64,000 nucleotides of DNA from the NCBI GenBank assembly GCA_002633005.1, contig NMRA01000575.1:91325-155324 (forward strand), given 5' to 3'. Numbering within the stretch: position 1 is the stretch's first letter; every line of letters starts with the position of its first letter. The stretch comes from Phoronis australis. Lineage: Eukaryota > Animalia > Phoronida. Below the pieces are notes generated by a model. That model worked only from the letters and a program-made list of their open reading frames with translations, was not told the origin of the DNA and searched no databases. A program made the translations under genes and the position numbers. Shown here in pieces: positions 63,401 to 64,000 of the stretch.

Positions 63401-63471
63401 TAACGACGTGCACAGATTGTTCGTCTTTGAAGCTCCTTAACTTGAAGATGAATAACACATACGAATTTAAG
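27348..63471 (+). CDS. Spliced gene model (partial): Tie-like receptor ectodomain, Ig-like - F-type lectin[kringle] - Ig - EGFx3 - FN3 x5 or more; continues beyond right edge (kinase vs phosphatase unknown)
   Basis: Exons from 37803 to 63471 all have AG/GT boundaries and chain in frame. The Ig-EGF stretch ([16 protein letters not shown]...[12 protein letters not shown]; C..DPYGCSC.TG.KG..C) matches the characteristic Tie1/Tie2 sequence. The first exon at 27348 is less certain. Confidence 0.85.
27930..28410 (-). mobile_element. 5'-truncated L1/Tx1-type non-LTR retrotransposon fragment (ORF2 C-terminal zinc-binding region)
   Basis: W..YY......[19 protein letters not shown]....SNSCSFC...PET....FEC..V matches the zf-RVT region of L1/Tx1 ORF2. 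Confidence 0.8.
29048..29194. other. Assembly gap (N run)
   Basis: Direct reading. Confidence 1.
29262..31994 (-). mobile_element. Non-autonomous Kolobok-type DNA transposon with THAP remnant, copy A
   Basis: Terminus ggtggcattctcct|ataa at 31981-31998 matches the TIR of copy B. Collinear reverse-complement similarity to 52453-54115. Left terminus is degenerate. Confidence 0.8.
31595..31822 (-). pseudogene. THAP domain remnant ([11 protein letters not shown]...GISFIRF...EWL...RVYGRHF)
   Basis: C-x4-C, W and (C>Y)xxHF THAP signature; truncated. Confidence 0.8.
33429..33925. mobile_element. About 500-bp foldback / MITE-like element with long imperfect inverted arms
   Basis: gcaaaccctgtggagagattatcttgtc (33510) pairs with gacaggataatctcgccacagggtttgc (33811-33838). 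Pairing extends outward to ggttgg/ccaacc. Confidence 0.7.
34226..36797 (-). mobile_element. hAT-type DNA transposon derivative, perfect 16-bp TIR CAGTGGCGGATCTACG, 5-bp TSD CAACT
   Basis: TIRs at 34226-34241 and 36782-36797. CAACT at 34221-34225 and 36798-36802. Internal transposase remnant. Confidence 0.85.
35097..35700 (-). pseudogene. Decayed, intron-containing hAT transposase fragment (THAP12/PRKRIR-like C-terminal half)
   Basis: ...[17 protein letters not shown]...[19 protein letters not shown]|[22 protein letters not shown] matches hAT PR...RQ..R.N.P..TPEEYYR....PFLD.L...L..RF. GT-AG intron at 35424-35179. Confidence 0.75.
37020..37363. mobile_element. hAT-like MITE (CATAGGCGGATTTAGG ... 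CCTAGATCCGCCATTG)
   Basis: Imperfect TIRs with G/C-run subterminal sequence. No clear TSD. Confidence 0.6.
37803..38060 (+). CDS. Receptor exon: N-terminal beta-rich, Cys-less Ig-like domain (Tie Ig1 position)
   Basis: 258 nt, phase 1-1, acceptor atatttcag, donor G|gtaac, open frame. Domain identity is positional inference. Confidence 0.65.
39149..39391 (+). CDS. Receptor exon: F-type lectin (FTP/fucolectin) domain, N-terminal half
   Basis: ADQSST...AGKAIDDN...CSHT...NPWLRVAL...VHGIEVTSR. 243 nt, phase 1-1, donor gtgagt. Confidence 0.9.
40314..40526 (+). CDS. Receptor exon: complete kringle domain
   Basis: DC....[17 protein letters not shown]...[14 protein letters not shown]....WGYCDV..C with all 6 Cys. 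213 nt, phase 1-1. Confidence 0.93.
42123..42308 (+). CDS. Receptor exon: F-type lectin domain, C-terminal half
   Basis: LRDFQVRVS...C.......[11 protein letters not shown]...[10 protein letters not shown]. 186 nt, phase 1-1; an alternative in-frame acceptor lies at 42132. Confidence 0.9.
42548..42793 (+). CDS. Receptor exon: Cys-less Ig domain of Tie Ig2 type
   Basis: [19 protein letters not shown]...WQKDG...GGVY...IIRLVVR resembles Tie2 [22 protein letters not shown]...RLIVR. 246 nt, phase 1-1. Confidence 0.85.
44547..44678 (+). CDS. Receptor exon: Tie-type EGF 1 ([44 protein letters not shown])
   Basis: 132 nt, phase 1-1. This frame is absent from the ORF track and was translated by hand. 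Confidence 0.93.
46015..46164 (+). CDS. Receptor exon: Tie-type EGF 2 ([11 protein letters not shown]...[21 protein letters not shown])
   Basis: 150 nt, phase 1-1. DPYGCSC is a Tie-family hallmark. Confidence 0.92.
46757..48045. mobile_element. Helentron/DINE-like non-autonomous element with internal tandem array (about 435-bp unit x2, built of shorter cores)
   Basis: Subterminal inverted repeats gttcacgtggcgga (about 46766) and tccgccgcatgaac (about 48019-48032), short simple repeat after the left end, and duplicated internal blocks at about 47190-47500 and 47628-47910. Confidence 0.55.
49866..50056. repeat. (TATG)n / (TG)n microsatellite
   Basis: Direct reading. Confidence 0.95.
50374..50514 (+). 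CDS. Receptor exon: EGF 3 ([47 protein letters not shown])
   Basis: 141 nt, phase 1-1, strong acceptor ttttttattttag. Confidence 0.92.
52453..54115 (+). mobile_element. Non-autonomous Kolobok-type DNA transposon with THAP remnant, copy B; TTAA TSD, 15-bp TIR AGGAGAATGCCACCC
   Basis: ttaa|aggagaatgccaccc ... gggtggcattttcct|ttaa (14/15 match). Frameshifted THAP at about 52625-52860 (RKWLAVV...RVCGRHF). Confidence 0.88.
54300..54608 (+). CDS. Receptor exon: FN3 domain 1
   Basis: PP.V...T.TTVSVRW...[11 protein letters not shown]...W...Y.V.I...G.SSP. 309 nt, phase 1-1. Confidence 0.9.
54822..54886 (+). CDS. Receptor exon: FN3 domain 2, N-part ([22 protein letters not shown])
   Basis: 65 nt, phase 1-0, acceptor gaatttcag, donor gtaag. 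Confidence 0.8.
55565..55775 (+). CDS. Receptor exon: FN3 domain 2, C-part
   Basis: CG...YVVEY...[12 protein letters not shown]. 211 nt, phase 0-1. Confidence 0.82.
56313..57105. mobile_element. Old non-autonomous TIR element (TGGTTATGTAG... / ...TATACATTACCA), TTAA on the left
   Basis: Imperfect terminal inverted repeats. Right TSD not preserved. Confidence 0.4.
56956..57079. mobile_element. About 125-bp TTAA-flanked MITE with a piggyBac-like AGGG-TTAA end
   Basis: tggtcaacacgccacctgtga pairs with tcacaggtggcgtgatgacca. TTAA at 56952-56955 and 57080-57083. Confidence 0.6.
57282..60617 (+). mobile_element. Transposase-encoding DNA transposon, probable Kolobok superfamily (TTAA TSD, short TIR gc[t/a]aggctagcccc)
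   Basis: TTAA at 57278-57281 and 60618-60621. TIR core at 57284-57297 and 60603-60616. Single long ORF inside. Confidence 0.75.
57831..59582 (+). CDS. Intact 583-aa DDE transposase (Kolobok / 'Mutator-like' family)
   Basis: N-terminal basic NLS, C2C2 finger (CPSC...CRDRAC), catalytic D ([10 protein letters not shown]), D (GDGDS), CxxH (ECTGH), E (TQNANES). Uninterrupted from ATG to TGA. Confidence 0.9.
   Translation: MGDKSRKSRRKKRKFAGNRFKSQDEQPGPSAGDCNCEHQHGEPKSKSASSSKLKSADVEFDHDAELSGYRFIDIVLLQNFLEQFNCPSCASDTFGEMSEERIGLASHVTFSCRDRACNYSVKLTTSETVNGNNMLFDVNRRFPIAMFAIGRHRAQGQRFLTNMNMPPAQTPSIWNKHKNKIQRATESVAQRSFSSAIVEARATASPGSSSTDVVDLTVSCDGTWQRRGFSSKNGIATVLSVNGNSSKVIDVQTLSNYCNRCSINKKRKSEEDFQDWKETHTDCDSNHEGSAGAMEPAGIVAIFRRSLPNYNVRYTKYLGDGDSKSFKSVVSADPPVYPGNVDIGKLECTGHIQKRMGKRLSDKVSELKKKVFQLPGGGTTKGIGGVRKLTKKGIKRIQGHYGAAIRENAGNVQAMYNAIWAIFRHRNRGHQACGDWCPSKSGRGDPNANALPHYVCEAIRPVFVSLSDMELLHKCAHGGTQNANESFHNLVWERCPKTTFVCRKRLELAVFDAAIVYNEGELGRVNVFETLGLIPGYWTLSGLANIDRMRLDNAYIAGCNDVIRQRRAARGQRGDNNYIPGGF
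60864..61169 (+). CDS. Receptor exon: FN3 domain 3
   Basis: APSQVQDL...[20 protein letters not shown]...[16 protein letters not shown]. 306 nt, phase 1-1. Confidence 0.93.
62556..62858 (+). CDS. Receptor exon: FN3 domain 4
   Basis: APSGNVS...RNGVITHY...[24 protein letters not shown]....TTLE. 303 nt, phase 1-1. Confidence 0.93.
63254..63471 (+). CDS. Receptor exon: FN3 domain 5, N-part
   Basis: APPSPKNL......W.PP.PPNGVI..Y...LK.N..YEFK|gtaag. 218 nt, phase 1-0. Confidence 0.92.
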
Positions 63472-64000
63472 GTAAGGTTGAACTGAATGGTCCTTGTAAT
63501 GCCTTTCCACGAGGCCTGACTTATTAATCTACCTGTTTAGGCCTACATGGAAAACGGACTTATCGTCACCATATGCCACCATCAGTCTAGATTCATCAGA
63601 TAGGCCTAGCTGTGTTCGTTCAAGTTACATAACTCGTTGGAATCCACCTTTGTCATTGATTTCATCATGAATTTAGCATTATCTCTCCTGTCATCACTTG
63701 TAGTGCAAGCATTATATAGAAATTTCTACGATGTCGCATGGAAAGCAGAGATGTATGTTTCGTTACATCCACATTGTAGATTCGAGCAAAGACCACTGAC
63801 TGGGGCAACTGGAGCCGATCCATTTACAAGACTGTTAAAGAGGGAGGTAGGGCTCAAAACTACGTCTTTGTTGGCTTCACATGATCGCTGCTAAGTTGCA
63901 TGAAATACATGTACATGTACAATGTATACAGCATGACATGCATTGTTGTGCGACATTGAGTTGTGTACAACTTGATTTGTTTTGCCTTGACATCACTAGA

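Noticed and set aside
27348-63471. Naming the receptor TEK/TIE1
   Set aside because: Orthology cannot be shown: the cytoplasmic domain is outside the window and the architecture differs.

Overview
AT-rich, intron-rich animal (invertebrate-type) genomic scaffold with three N gaps and three single-N contig joins. It holds two divergently oriented spliced genes, both running off the window. (1) Minus strand, 12951 to <526: six in-frame GT-AG exons encoding ankyrin repeat - linker - ZU5(+UPA-like) - linker - death effector domain. The two 43-nt linker exons are paralogous copies from an intragenic duplication. (2) Plus strand, about 27348 to >63471: a Tie-like receptor ectodomain (Ig-like, F-type lectin, Ig, 3 Tie-type EGF, at least 5 FN3) built mostly from phase 1-1 exons. 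A complete kringle exon sits between the two halves of the F-type lectin domain, in the loop that normally binds fucose; this is the most striking observation. Between the genes is a frameshifted BEL/Pao LTR retrotransposon. The receptor introns contain an intact TTAA-flanked Kolobok-type transposase element, two inverted copies of a THAP-bearing TTAA element, a hAT element with a 5-bp TSD, an L1/Tx1 3' fragment, a Helentron-like repeat and MITEs. TACATGTA is strongly over-represented, and one copy is demonstrably a TA>TACATGTA insertion in an LTR, matching a Tc1/mariner-type excision footprint. All calls come from reading the sequence by eye; no database searches were run.
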